64,000 nucleotides of DNA from Pelagibacteraceae bacterium. Its GTDB lineage: Bacteria > Pseudomonadota > Alphaproteobacteria > Methylaequorales > Methylaequoraceae. Location: positions 1,790 to 65,789 of the forward strand of contig JBELJQ010000004.1 of NCBI GenBank assembly GCA_042090305.1. The letters run 5' to 3'. A program made the position numbers and the translations under genes. This document shows, piece by piece, positions 36,164 through 53,170 of the stretch (position 1 is its first letter; each line of letters starts with the position of its first letter). A model generated the notes under the pieces. It was not told the origin of the DNA and made no database searches. It worked only from the letters and a program-made list of their open reading frames with translations.

Positions 36164-37629
36164 ATAAAACAGCTATTGTTGTAGGTTCCGGTTTTGGTGG
36201 GATTGCTGCTAGTCTAAGGCTTAAGGCACTTGGATATAATGTATCTCTATTAGAAAAACTTGATCAATTAGGTGGTAGGGCACGAGTTTTTAAAAAAAAA
36301 GGTTATACCTTTGATGCTGGACCAACCGTAATAACTGCGCCTTTTTTGTTTGATGAACTCTTCAGCCTATTCAACAAAAAAAGAGAGGACTATGTAAAGT
36401 TTGTCAGGCTTGACCCAATGTACAACTTTTTCTTTTTATCAAATAACAAATCTTTCAATTATTATGACAAAGTTCATGATTCCCTGAGAGAAATAGAAAG
36501 ATTTGAACCTAAAGATGTCGATGGTTATAAAAAACTATTAAGAATGTCTGAAAAAATTTATCATGTGGGATTTGATAAATTATCATTTACTCCATTTCAT
36601 GATTTCTTTTTCATGATTAAACAAATACCTTCTCTTATAAAGTTGAAGAGTTATCTTACAGTATTTCAGCTTGTTTCTAAATATATTAAAAACGAGCAGA
36701 TCCGGCAAGCTTTAAGTATACAGCCATTATTGTTAGGTGGAAACCCCTTAGAAACAACATCTATTTATAATTTAATTCATTTCCTTGAAAGAAAATGGGG
36801 GGTTCATTACGCTATGGGAGGTACTGGTAAAATAGTCAAAGCATTTGAAAAATTAATGCAAGAAGAAAAGATTAAAATTAAGAAGAATGTCGATGTTACT
36901 AAAATATTATTCAAAAATAAAATAGCGGTTGGAGTAAGAACAAACAAAGGAGAAAAAATTTTTGCTGATAAAATAATAATGAATGCTGATCCCGCTTATT
37001 CATATAGATATCTAATTAATGATGTAAATAAATGGAATTCGAAAAAGATTGAAAAATTAGATTACTCTATGGGACTTTTTGTAATCTACTTTGGGACAAA
37101 AAAGAAATATAAAAATATTGAACATCATACTATTTGGATGGGTAAAAGATATCAAGGCCTACTCAAAGATATTTTTAATAAACAAATACTAGCCGATGAC
37201 TTTAGTCTGTACCTTCACAGACCAACAGCTACCGATAAAAGTATGGCTCCTAAAGGGTGTGATTCCTTCTACGTGTTATCACCAGTGCCAAATTTAAAAT
37301 CGAATATAAATTGGAAAGATAAAGCTATGGAGTACAGAAATAGTATTCTTAAATCGCTTGAAGAAACTATAATGCCGGATTTGATGAAAAACTTGACTGT
37401 ATGTTTTCATATGACACCAGAAGATTTTAAAAAGGATTACCATTCACTGTACGGTACTGGATTTTCGATATCACCTATTTTCAGACAATCTGCTTGGTTT
37501 AGATTTCATAATAAATCTGAAAGTTTTAAAAATTTATATTTTGTAGGTGCTGGCAGTCACCCAGGTGCTGGAGTCCCTGGTGTGATTAGTTCAGCGAAGG
37601 TATTAGAAAATATACTGAAGAATGAATGA
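36160..37629 (+). CDS. crtI: Phytoene desaturase
   Basis: 489 aa. N-terminal AIVVGSGFGGIAASLRL...LGGRA and C-terminal LYFVGAGSHPGAGVPGV are CrtI hallmarks. Confidence 0.92.
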   Translation: MNKTAIVVGSGFGGIAASLRLKALGYNVSLLEKLDQLGGRARVFKKKGYTFDAGPTVITAPFLFDELFSLFNKKREDYVKFVRLDPMYNFFFLSNNKSFNYYDKVHDSLREIERFEPKDVDGYKKLLRMSEKIYHVGFDKLSFTPFHDFFFMIKQIPSLIKLKSYLTVFQLVSKYIKNEQIRQALSIQPLLLGGNPLETTSIYNLIHFLERKWGVHYAMGGTGKIVKAFEKLMQEEKIKIKKNVDVTKILFKNKIAVGVRTNKGEKIFADKIIMNADPAYSYRYLINDVNKWNSKKIEKLDYSMGLFVIYFGTKKKYKNIEHHTIWMGKRYQGLLKDIFNKQILADDFSLYLHRPTATDKSMAPKGCDSFYVLSPVPNLKSNINWKDKAMEYRNSILKSLEETIMPDLMKNLTVCFHMTPEDFKKDYHSLYGTGFSISPIFRQSAWFRFHNKSESFKNLYFVGAGSHPGAGVPGVISSAKVLENILKNE

Positions 37630-38533
37630 ATTTAATAATTTCACATTAAAGAAAAGAGCAAAAACATTTTATTTTGCATCACTTTTTTTTCCTAAAGAGA
37701 TAAGAACAGATATCGAGACTTTATATTTATTTTGTAGATACGTAGACGATATTGGAGATACATTAAACCTTAAAAAAAGAGTTACGGAAGATAAACTAAA
37801 AAGAATTATAGTTGATATAGATAAACTTAATTCAGACGAGCTTATAATATCAAAATTAATACTACTTATTAAAAGGTATAAAATTAATAAAAGAATTCCA
37901 ATCAAATTAGTTGAGGGAATATTGGATGATTTAGGTAAAGTATCTTTTAATACTGAATCAGAATTAATCGAATATAGTTACAAAGTTGCAGGAACAGTAG
38001 GTATTATGGTTTGTAATATTTTTCAGGTTAAAGAAAAAGAATTAAAGTTCAAAGGAATACAACTAGGTATTGCTATGCAAATAACAAATATTGCAAGAGA
38101 TATTGAAGAAGACCTTTTAAGAAATAGAATTTATTTTCCAGAGGATCTAAGAAGTTTAAAAATAAAAAAAACTAATAAGATTATTGAAAGTGAAAAATAT
38201 AAAAAGAGTATATCGAATGATCTAGAAAAATTACTTACATTAGCTGATAACATCTATGATAATTCATGGTCAGGAATAAATAAATTACCCATTACTTATA
38301 GAATACCAATTGCAATTGCATCATACTTATACCAATCAATTGGGTTTAAAATTAGGCAAGATAATTATAATATCTGGAATAAAAGACATCATCTTTCCTT
38401 AATACAAAAAATAATGAAATCTCTAAAAGTATTAATAAAACTAGTATTTTATAAAAAGGATATTACAAACATAGAACTAGAGAAAAAAATTCATTTGATA
38501 TTAAATAAAATGGGACGATTTTATTGTGAATAA
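37622..38533 (+). CDS. crtB: Phytoene synthase
   Basis: 303 aa squalene/phytoene synthase family. YLFCRYVDDIGD and the second Asp-rich region NIARDIEEDL. Confidence 0.9.
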   Translation: MNEFNNFTLKKRAKTFYFASLFFPKEIRTDIETLYLFCRYVDDIGDTLNLKKRVTEDKLKRIIVDIDKLNSDELIISKLILLIKRYKINKRIPIKLVEGILDDLGKVSFNTESELIEYSYKVAGTVGIMVCNIFQVKEKELKFKGIQLGIAMQITNIARDIEEDLLRNRIYFPEDLRSLKIKKTNKIIESEKYKKSISNDLEKLLTLADNIYDNSWSGINKLPITYRIPIAIASYLYQSIGFKIRQDNYNIWNKRHHLSLIQKIMKSLKVLIKLVFYKKDITNIELEKKIHLILNKMGRFYCE

Positions 38534-39638
38534 AGTTTCAAGTAATGATATAATTATTATTGGTGCTGGAGTCTCAGGTTTAATCCTTGCTAATGAAATA
38601 ATTCAAAGAACTAAAAGAAAAGTTTTAATACTAGAGAAGAAAAAGAAATTTACTTATGAGAAAAACCTTTGCTTTTGGAATATACCGAAAAATGAATTAA
38701 CAAAATTGTATAATAATAAATGGAAAAAAATTGTTTTAAATATTGATGGTCAAAAAAGGAAACTAGTAGATAAAAATATTGAGTATTTAAGAATAAATTC
38801 TAAAACATTACATGATTTCTATGTTAATAAATTAAAATCTAATAACCGTTTTTCTATTATAATGGGTTGTCAGGTTAAATCTAAAAATAACTCTAATGAA
38901 GTCCATATTTCAACAAATAAGGGTATTTATAAAGCTAAATTAGTTTTTGACAGTATACCTGAGAAATTTATTTTTAATAAAAAATATTTATATCAACATT
39001 TTGTTGGGCTAGAGATTAAATGTACAAAAGATATTTTTAAAGTTAATGAAATCACACTTATGGATATTCAAGAAAAAAATAATTTATTTAATTTTTTATA
39101 TGTATTACCATTTACTAAAAATTCCGCACTAGTAGAGTCAACTTACTTTTCATCGAAAACTTTAAAAAGGAACACATATATAAACGATATTAAAAGTTAT
39201 ATTTATCAAAAATATAATATTAAAGAATTTACTGTAAAATTTTGTGAATCTGGGATAATACCAATGACAAGAGTTAAGTGTAATACTATTAAAAATATTA
39301 TAAAGATTGGGATGGCTGGAAATTGGGTCAAAATGTCTAGTGGATATTCATTGCAAAATTCATTTATATATTCCAAACAAATTGTTGATTGTATATTAAA
39401 TAATAGTTATCCAAGAATTTCTTCAAAACCTTTAGTAAATTTTTTAGATATGATGTTTTGTAAGTATGTATTAAAGTATCCAAACGATGTTAAATACTTT
39501 TTTAAATCATTTTTTTTTAAAAATAGTCTACTTTCTGTTGTTAAGTTTTTATGTAATAGATCTTCTTTTATTGAAACTTTAAACATACTTATAAAATTAC
39601 CTAAAATTAAAATGTTAAAAATATTACTACGACTTTAG
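38526..39638 (+). CDS. crtY: Lycopene beta-cyclase
   Basis: 370 aa, GTG start overlapping the crtB stop. N-terminal FAD fold IIIIGAGVSGLILA. Assigned from its position between crtB and blh. Confidence 0.8.
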   Translation: MNKVSSNDIIIIGAGVSGLILANEIIQRTKRKVLILEKKKKFTYEKNLCFWNIPKNELTKLYNNKWKKIVLNIDGQKRKLVDKNIEYLRINSKTLHDFYVNKLKSNNRFSIIMGCQVKSKNNSNEVHISTNKGIYKAKLVFDSIPEKFIFNKKYLYQHFVGLEIKCTKDIFKVNEITLMDIQEKNNLFNFLYVLPFTKNSALVESTYFSSKTLKRNTYINDIKSYIYQKYNIKEFTVKFCESGIIPMTRVKCNTIKNIIKIGMAGNWVKMSSGYSLQNSFIYSKQIVDCILNNSYPRISSKPLVNFLDMMFCKYVLKYPNDVKYFFKSFFFKNSLLSVVKFLCNRSSFIETLNILIKLPKIKMLKILLRL

Positions 39639-39639
39639 A

Positions 39640-40515
39640 ATGAAATTAATTGAAACGAAAATATTTACTTATTCATTAATATTAATGATTTTATTAGTAA
39701 ATATTTTTGATAATTTTTTTGAAAGCTTTACAAATCAACTACTTTTTTTTCTTATCCCGTTGATCTGGCCGGGCATAGCTCATGGAAGTCTAGATATCGA
39801 AATTGCTCAAAGAAAAGAAATAATTAATTCTATACAAGATAAAATTTTTTTTGTTTCTGGTTACTTATTAATTATTTGTTTTTTCTTTTACTTATGGATT
39901 AATTATAACGATTTAGTATTTACTATATTTATAATCCTATCAATATTACACTTTGGTATAAGTGATAAATTTAAACATGATGGCTTTACAAATTATTTAG
40001 AAATATTAATTAGAGGAACAATCGTAGTTTCCTTACCGTTATGGTTTCATACTGAAAAAACAATTGAAATTTTTAGTTTTTTTCTAGTAAGTAATTCTCT
40101 AATTAGCAATTTTTTAATAATAAATAATTTTGTAGTTTTTTTTGTATTACTTTTAATTATTATATGGATTATACTAAACTATAGTAGTAATAATCAAGAT
40201 TCGTCTCAAATATTAATTGAGTTTTTACTATTAATCTTTTGTTTCATTTATTTTGAGCCATTAGTATCTTTTTTTATTTATTTTTGTTGTTTACACTCAA
40301 CACGTCATCTAATTATTGAAAAGAAAAGATTATCATTAAGTTACAAGAAAATTTTTTTGAAGACTGTACCGTTAACATTCATACCGACAGTAATACTCTT
40401 AGCAACTTTTATCAATAACGATTATTCAATTTATAATTATATTTACTTTGTATTGGTAGGCATTTCCTCATTAACCATTCCACATATTATTCTTGTAAAC
40501 TTTACAAAAGATTAA
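39640..40515 (+). CDS. blh: Brp/Blh-family beta-carotene 15,15'-dioxygenase (retinal-forming)
   Basis: 291 aa polytopic membrane protein with four conserved-looking His sites (PGIAHGSLD, ILHFGISD, CLHSTRHL, IPHIIL). It is the last gene of the opsin/carotenoid block. Confidence 0.85.
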   Translation: MKLIETKIFTYSLILMILLVNIFDNFFESFTNQLLFFLIPLIWPGIAHGSLDIEIAQRKEIINSIQDKIFFVSGYLLIICFFFYLWINYNDLVFTIFIILSILHFGISDKFKHDGFTNYLEILIRGTIVVSLPLWFHTEKTIEIFSFFLVSNSLISNFLIINNFVVFFVLLLIIIWIILNYSSNNQDSSQILIEFLLLIFCFIYFEPLVSFFIYFCCLHSTRHLIIEKKRLSLSYKKIFLKTVPLTFIPTVILLATFINNDYSIYNYIYFVLVGISSLTIPHIILVNFTKD

Positions 40516-41348
40516 TCTAATTTTTTATTTGTAACTGCATTCAAAAACCAGTTTTCCTTTGAGATCTCGCTGTATGAATCAACATTCTTTGGATAAGATA
40601 TCGATTCATTTTTGTCTTGATAGACTATTCTTGTTTCTAGATTAATTCTTTTTTTATAATTCTGTGAACTACCATGAAGGTGGTGGCCAGAAAAACAAAT
40701 TATATTTCCTTTATTCAATGAAAAGAATAATTTCTTCTTTTTGTCGATTATTTCATTTGTATATGGAACTGATGGATAGTCTTTGATTTTTCTAAATTTT
40801 TCAAAAGACCATTTAGAGCTATTATTCTTTACATCTTTATTGAAATAAGAAGGTACAATAAATATGGAATTATATTCACTTACATCATGAAGCGGAAACC
40901 AGAAATTAATTTGTGAAAACACATTAGAGCCCCACGTATCTCTATGAGGTTTCGCGGGCTTTAGAGAGCCATAAGATTTCCTTCCAATTGGAGGACTGTA
41001 TCTCAATGAATATTGATCTTTAAATATTTTTTTTATATCAAATCCTAGTCTGTCTAAAAAAGAAAGAAATTTTCTATTCACCTTCTCACAATTTTTTATT
41101 TCATTTTGCAATTCTAAGAAATGTTTTTCATTGGAGGATTCGTTTTCACAATATTTTTCAGATAAAAATTTTTCAAATTTATATTCAAATTTTTCAAGAA
41201 ACTTTTTTTCAATAATCTTAATGATATCTAAAATATCTTGAGATTTCCTAAACACTAAAATGTTTCCACTAAAAATTTTTTCTATCAATAATGAAGTGTT
41301 ATATTTTTTAACCTCAAATTCATGAAGATAGTTATTAGATATTTTCAT
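40512..41348 (-). CDS. Fe(II)/2-oxoglutarate-dependent oxygenase (PhyH-like)
   Basis: 278 aa. The HxD facial triad is in KPHRDTW and the distal His in FSGHHLHGS, followed by RINLETRIV (candidate 2OG-binding Arg). The substrate is unknown. Confidence 0.6.
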   Translation of the reverse strand: MKISNNYLHEFEVKKYNTSLLIEKIFSGNILVFRKSQDILDIIKIIEKKFLEKFEYKFEKFLSEKYCENESSNEKHFLELQNEIKNCEKVNRKFLSFLDRLGFDIKKIFKDQYSLRYSPPIGRKSYGSLKPAKPHRDTWGSNVFSQINFWFPLHDVSEYNSIFIVPSYFNKDVKNNSSKWSFEKFRKIKDYPSVPYTNEIIDKKKKLFFSLNKGNIICFSGHHLHGSSQNYKKRINLETRIVYQDKNESISYPKNVDSYSEISKENWFLNAVTNKKLD

Positions 41349-41356
41349 TAAATATT

Positions 41357-41806
41357 TTAATCATAATATTTATATTGAAGGTCAAGCCAAGATCCACCTT
41401 CGCATTGGATAACATTTTCTGGTCCTTTATTGTCATTTTTTCTTTTTTGTGAAATTAAAAAAAGGTTTTGGTAATAAAGAGCTTGCCTTTCTTGAAGCGT
41501 CCATAGTGTTTTTTCATCTAAATCTATTTTTTTCCCGCTATTTTTTTGATAGTGGTGTATTAATTCATGAAGTATAATTGACTGATCACATATTTTCTTT
41601 TCTGGTTCTAAATAATCAATGTAAAATATCTTTCCTTCTTTAATATAATAGGCTTTAACCTTACAGTTTTCTGACGAGAAACAAGCTTTTTCTGACATTT
41701 CTTGATTATTAAGTTTTACAAACTGAGGAGCTGATATCTTATTAGAAAATTCAGTATTTTCAATTATCCATATTGTGAGGAAAGTCAAAATTTTTTGTGA
41801 AATCAT
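41357..41806 (-). CDS. Small exported HExxH protein (paralogue B), putative minimal zinc metallopeptidase-like
   Basis: 149 aa with a hydrophobic N-terminus. HELIH is encoded at 41555-41569. It aligns with 15996-16400 along its length (IWIIENTEF/FWILNNTNY; ENCKVKAYY/GKCPIVAYF; QSIILHELIHHYQ/QSILLHEIIHALQ). Confidence 0.55.
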   Translation of the reverse strand: MISQKILTFLTIWIIENTEFSNKISAPQFVKLNNQEMSEKACFSSENCKVKAYYIKEGKIFYIDYLEPEKKICDQSIILHELIHHYQKNSGKKIDLDEKTLWTLQERQALYYQNLFLISQKRKNDNKGPENVIQCEGGSWLDLQYKYYD

Positions 41807-42087
41807 CTAATGTTAATCCTATTTACAAGTTTACCGGTATTTAAATCGTATATTTGAATCGACATTGAGTCGTTATTAACAAAATCAATTAATATATATA
41901 ATTTATTTTTTTCTACATAAAAGCTTTTAATTTTCTTATTAAATTCTAATTTTGGGTTTAAAACAATATTTGAAGTTGTTAAATTACTTTGATTATACTT
42001 TTTTGTGATTGCAAAGACTATAATTATGAATAAAAGTATTATTAATACACCTAATATTATTACGGTTGATTTAAGGAAGTTTTTCAT
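41803..42087 (-). CDS. Small single-pass membrane protein
   Basis: 94 aa with one N-terminal TM segment (VIILGVLIILLFIIIVFAI). Its stop overlaps the start of the HExxH gene by 4 nt. Confidence 0.45.
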   Translation of the reverse strand: MKNFLKSTVIILGVLIILLFIIIVFAITKKYNQSNLTTSNIVLNPKLEFNKKIKSFYVEKNKLYILIDFVNNDSMSIQIYDLNTGKLVNRINIR

Positions 42088-43076
42088 TGAGTGAAAATTA
42101 TATAGTCATTTATGCAACAAGCAATGACCTTAATAAAAGAATCGATAAGTTTTTAAATGAAAAACTTGAGTCTTTTTCGAGAAGCAGACTCCAATCTTTG
42201 ATTATCAGTCAGAAAGTAACTCTAGATGGTAAGTACATTCAGTCTACATCTTTTAAAATAAAAAATACTGGTGAGATAAAAATCAAAGTTCCTCCTATTG
42301 AAAAATCTAATATTTTGGCTCAAAATATTAAAATTGAAGTTATTTATGAGGATTCTAATATTCTAGTAGTAAATAAGCCAGCTGGAATGGTTGTTCATCC
42401 AGGAGCAGGAAATAAAATAGGAACACTAGTAAATGCTTTATTGTACCATTGTGACAAATCACTTTCAGGAATTGGTGGTGTGGCCAGACCAGGAATAGTT
42501 CATAGAATTGATAAAATGACAAGTGGATTATTATTAGTTGCTAAGGATGATCAAACTCATTTACATTTATCTGAACAATTCAAAAATAAAACAATTAAGA
42601 GAGAATACTTTTTATTTTGTTGGAATAATTTTATAAAAACCAAAGGAAAGTTTGAATCATATATTTCTAGGTCGAACAGAAATAGAAAAAGAATGGCAAT
42701 CGACAAAACAAATAAAGGAAAGTTTGCAATTACCGAATACGAAATGCTTAAAGGTTATAAAGTAAATGATAATGAATATATAACATTTGTTAGATGCGAA
42801 TTAAAAACTGGAAGAACACACCAAATAAGAGTTCATATGAGCAATAATGGAAATACTTTAGTGGGAGACAAATTATACGGTAAACAAAGTGTTAATCGAA
42901 TTAAAGAGAATAAATTAAAAAATATTATATATAAAGATTTTGTTTCTGTTGAAAGACAAGCATTACATGCTAAAACCATAGGATTCTACCATCCAACCAA
43001 AAAAAAATATGTGAGCTTCGATTCTGAATTACCTAATGATATCAAGGGGTTATTAGATGAGCTCGAGAGTTTATGA
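42087..43076 (+). CDS. rluD: 23S rRNA pseudouridine synthase, RluA family (RluD-like)
   Basis: 329 aa, TTG start. S4 domain (RIDKFL...SRSRLQSLI), catalytic HRIDKMTSGLLLVAKD, and GRTHQIRVHM. Confidence 0.9.
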   Translation: MSENYIVIYATSNDLNKRIDKFLNEKLESFSRSRLQSLIISQKVTLDGKYIQSTSFKIKNTGEIKIKVPPIEKSNILAQNIKIEVIYEDSNILVVNKPAGMVVHPGAGNKIGTLVNALLYHCDKSLSGIGGVARPGIVHRIDKMTSGLLLVAKDDQTHLHLSEQFKNKTIKREYFLFCWNNFIKTKGKFESYISRSNRNRKRMAIDKTNKGKFAITEYEMLKGYKVNDNEYITFVRCELKTGRTHQIRVHMSNNGNTLVGDKLYGKQSVNRIKENKLKNIIYKDFVSVERQALHAKTIGFYHPTKKKYVSFDSELPNDIKGLLDELESL

Positions 43077-43116
43077 ACAAATAATAATAAATTGTTCATC
43101 TTGTGTTCATTTTTTT
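43074..43116 (+). terminator. Candidate terminator after rluD with two alternative 3' arms
   Basis: TGAACAA (43074-43080) can pair with TTGTTCA (43092-43098). Alternatively its TGAACA part can pair with TGTTCA (43104-43109), which is followed by T7 (43110-43116). Confidence 0.5.
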
Positions 43117-43117
43117 G

Positions 43118-43145
43118 TTGACGAATAGAATTTCCTATATAATAT
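43118..43145 (+). promoter_or_regulatory. Candidate promoter of rpoH
   Basis: TTGACG (43118-43123), a 16-nt spacer, then TAATAT (43140-43145). This would place the transcription start within a few nt of ATG 43153. Low specificity in AT-rich DNA. Confidence 0.3.
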
Positions 43146-43152
43146 ATAGTTC

Positions 43153-45352
<2,200 letters not shown>

Positions 45353-45376
45353 CTAAACATTTTGATTATTAAGTTC

Positions 45377-46306
45377 CTACTTCTTAATGAGGTTCTCAAC
45401 TAAGCCTGAGAAACCAATACATTTTTCACCATTTACCTGATAAAACCCACCGTTAAATAATTCAGTGAAGCTTTCAGAGTATATTTTAAATGAAATTATA
45501 CAATGATAGTCAATTTCATCAACTTCTAATGGATCAATATAAATTTTACTGCTTTTAGAATTTTTTTTTATATTTGTAATTACATCTGTAAATGATGCTA
45601 CTTCTTTTTTTATATTATTCTTAAATTTATAAACTTTCAGCTTATTTAAGGATTTATCAGCATCTCCAATGCATGATAATAAAAACCTTGAAATTTTAAT
45701 CACTTCGCTCCCTAAGGTATCAATTTCATCAAGATTCTTATTTTTAAAACCATTCACAAGTAAATTATGGTCCTTATCGTTTAGTTTATAATCATTACTG
45801 ATTGCTTTAACTAAATTAGGCATTGAAAGATTAATAAAAAAGTTTTTAAATTTGAGTTTTTTTAGAATTTTTACAATCAAATCAACAATCTCCAATATTA
45901 TTAAATTATCAGTTATACCTATTATTTCAGCTCCTAGTTGAGTTGATTGCCTTGACATACTTAGGTTGTTATTTTTTACTTTTAACACTTCGCCTGAGTA
46001 GCATAGTTTTAGTGGTCTTGAATTATTTGATAACGAACCACAAGAAATTCTCGCAATTTGAGAGGTAATATCAGATCTTATAGCCATCACTTTTTGTGAA
46101 AGTGGGTCTAAAATTCTAAATGATTCATTTTTTTGTTTTTCATTATTTAAAAATAATGAATTTTCGAATTCAACTAATGGAGGTTTAACATATTGAAAGC
46201 TAAACTTTTTCATTAACTCTAAACAAATATTATTAATTTTAATTTCAGTGTCAGCTGCATCTAGCAAACTGTCTCTAAATCCTTCTGGTAATAGTTGGTT
46301 TTTCAC
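45377..46306 (-). CDS. hisZ: ATP phosphoribosyltransferase regulatory subunit
   Basis: 309 aa HisS paralogue with no anticodon-binding domain. N-terminal LPEGFRD. Confidence 0.8.
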   Translation of the reverse strand: MKNQLLPEGFRDSLLDAADTEIKINNICLELMKKFSFQYVKPPLVEFENSLFLNNEKQKNESFRILDPLSQKVMAIRSDITSQIARISCGSLSNNSRPLKLCYSGEVLKVKNNNLSMSRQSTQLGAEIIGITDNLIILEIVDLIVKILKKLKFKNFFINLSMPNLVKAISNDYKLNDKDHNLLVNGFKNKNLDEIDTLGSEVIKISRFLLSCIGDADKSLNKLKVYKFKNNIKKEVASFTDVITNIKKNSKSSKIYIDPLEVDEIDYHCIISFKIYSESFTELFNGGFYQVNGEKCIGFSGLVENLIKK

Positions 46307-46315
46307 ATTTTTACT

Positions 46316-47385
46316 TTAATTTAAATTTTTAAAACACCAATCTAGCCAATTTGTTAGAGCAATCAAATCATTTTTTTTTATAGTTGGTCCTATCCAGAAT
46401 CTTATACCTTTAGGCGCCTTTCTGTAGTTCCTAATATCAAATGCAATTTTATTTTTAAATAAAAATTCAAATAACTTTTCATAATTAATTTCTTTATTAA
46501 AAACAAGATAGACTGTTGAAAGTGCTTCATATTCTTTTTTCTTTGCGAACTTTTTGACAAAAGTATTTTTATCAGCCCAATTATCAATAGTTTTTTTATT
46601 TTCTTTACAAAGTCTTTGATTATCTTTAAAAGTTCCTCTCTTTTGATAAAGTTTCAAGCAAAGCTCTAAGTCAGATATTGATAATAGGGATGGAGTATTT
46701 ATTAGATAATCATGATTGGCAATATCCATTATCTTTGGAATTTTATTATCTTTATTTAATCTTTCCTTTGCCTTTGGACTGATAGTAATCATCCCATGTT
46801 GAGCTTCAGAACCTAATGCTTTTTGCCATGAAAAAACTGAAACATCAATCTTTTGCCAAGGAATATCATAGATAAAAGTCGCTGAAGTTAAATCACATAT
46901 AACCAGCCCTTCATGCACCTCACTCAGCCCATCTAATTGGTTTATTGACATCCCTGTTGACGTTCCTGTCCATACAATTAAAATGTCATTATTATTTGGA
47001 ATTTTCTCTAATGGTGGAATAGTTCCGTCTAAGGATATTCTCGAATCAATTTTAAGGTTTTTTTTTTTTAATGCGTTGTTCCAAGTCATTCCCCAGTAGT
47101 CATAAATAATTGAGGAAACCTCTTCTTTTCCTAAAAACGACCAAATAACAGATTCCATTGCACCTGTAGCTGAACCAGGAAGAATTTTTAGATCGTAATC
47201 ATTAGGAACTTTCAAAATGCTTCTTACAGTATTAGTAATATCATTAATATATTGTTTGACATCATCGGAGCGATGATATCTGCCAAGAAATTTTTTATTG
47301 AGTTTGTTAAATGACCATCCAACTGGTTTTCTAGTTGGGCCACACGAAAAGTTCGGACTTTCTGGTAAAATTAACTGAGGAATTT

Positions 47386-47389
<4 letters not shown>
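46316..47389 (-). CDS. serC: Phosphoserine aminotransferase (alphaproteobacterial short type)
   Basis: 357 aa class-V aminotransferase. N-terminal PNFSCGPTRKPVGW and PLP-lysine region FSWQKALGSE. Confidence 0.75.
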
Positions 47390-51841
<4,452 letters not shown>

Positions 51842-51861
<20 letters not shown>

Positions 51862-53170
51862 TTGAGTTAATAATCAATGAAAATTTATTTATGAATTCGT
51901 TTATTTCAGATTCTTTTCTAGACTGTACCATTAGTCTTAAAACGTTTTCAGTGCCAGATTTTCTTAAAAGAATATCACACCCCTTTACTTTAAATGCAGA
52001 TATTATGTCTGTTACTTTTCTAGACTCAAGAAGACAATCAATGGAGTCATTAATTTTAAAATTCACGAGCTTTTGCGGGTTTTTTTTAAATAAATTACTA
52101 CATATATCAGCCAATACAAGGTTTTCATCAGCTAGAACTTTTATTAGATAAAGTGCAGTTAAGAGACCATCACCGCAATAACTATTGTCACTAAAAATAA
52201 TATGACCAGATTGTTCTCCTCCTAAAAAGGAACCTGTACTTTTCATCTTTTCAACAACATATCTATCTCCAACATCAGTCATATATAATCTAAATCCTAA
52301 TTTCTTAATAAAATTTCTAAAAGATAAATTACACATCTTAGTACTTACAATTGACTTGATTTGATTTTTTTTTGTAAGAATATATTTAGCTAATAATGCT
52401 AAAATAAAATCTCCATCAATTATATTTCCAAAATGGTCGCATACAATTAATCTATCTGCGTCACCATCAAAAGAAATACCAATTTGTGCCTTATTTTGGA
52501 TTGTCATTTTAGATAACTTTTCATACTCAAGAGCACCACATTTTTGGTTAATATTCTTACCATCGGGTGAGCAACCATAGTTTATGAAATTAAAATTTAA
52601 TTTATTAAACAAACATGGTGCAAAATATGATAACGAACCATTAGCACAATCCAGGACTATTTTTTTATTAAAACCTTTGATAGAACCAAACCTTTCTAAT
52701 AGAAAACTTTCATATTCAATTAAACTATTGAATGGGTTTTTTAATTTTTGATTATTGATGTCTGAAATGCTATCGGATGAAATATTATTTTCTATAATAA
52801 TTTCCTCTTCATCAGTTAATTTTTCTCCATCGGATTTGAAAATTTTTATACCGTTATCATCACTAGGATTATGTGAAGCTGAAATCATTATTCCTAAATC
52901 ATAATTGTTATTTTTAGTATAAAAACAAAGTATCGGTGTTGATACAATTTCCAAACAATCGCAATTAACTCCATGTTTTTCAAATCCGGAAACTAGAGAG
53001 TTTTTTACATACTCTCCTGATTCTCTGGTATCCATTCCTATTAAAACATTCCTTATGTTTTTATTTGATTTTATAATACCATTTGCAAGGTTTGATAAAA
53101 AATTTTTTTCAATTGGTATTTGATATGCCTTTCCCCTTATACCATCAGTGCCAAAATATTTTTTTTTCAT
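51842..53170 (-). CDS. glmM: Phosphoglucosamine mutase
   Basis: 442 aa. YFGTDGIRG, active-site SASHNPSDDNGIK and FDGDADR. It sits in the conserved ftsH-folP-glmM order. Confidence 0.93.

Noticed and set aside
34118-40515. Interpreting the opsin-carotenoid block as a recently acquired genomic island on compositional grounds.
   Set aside because: Only the opsin gene itself is visibly GC-richer, which fits expression-linked codon bias, as in the porin. The crt/blh genes are as AT-rich as the flanks. No tRNA, direct repeats or integrase bound the block. Horizontal origin cannot be judged without phylogenies.
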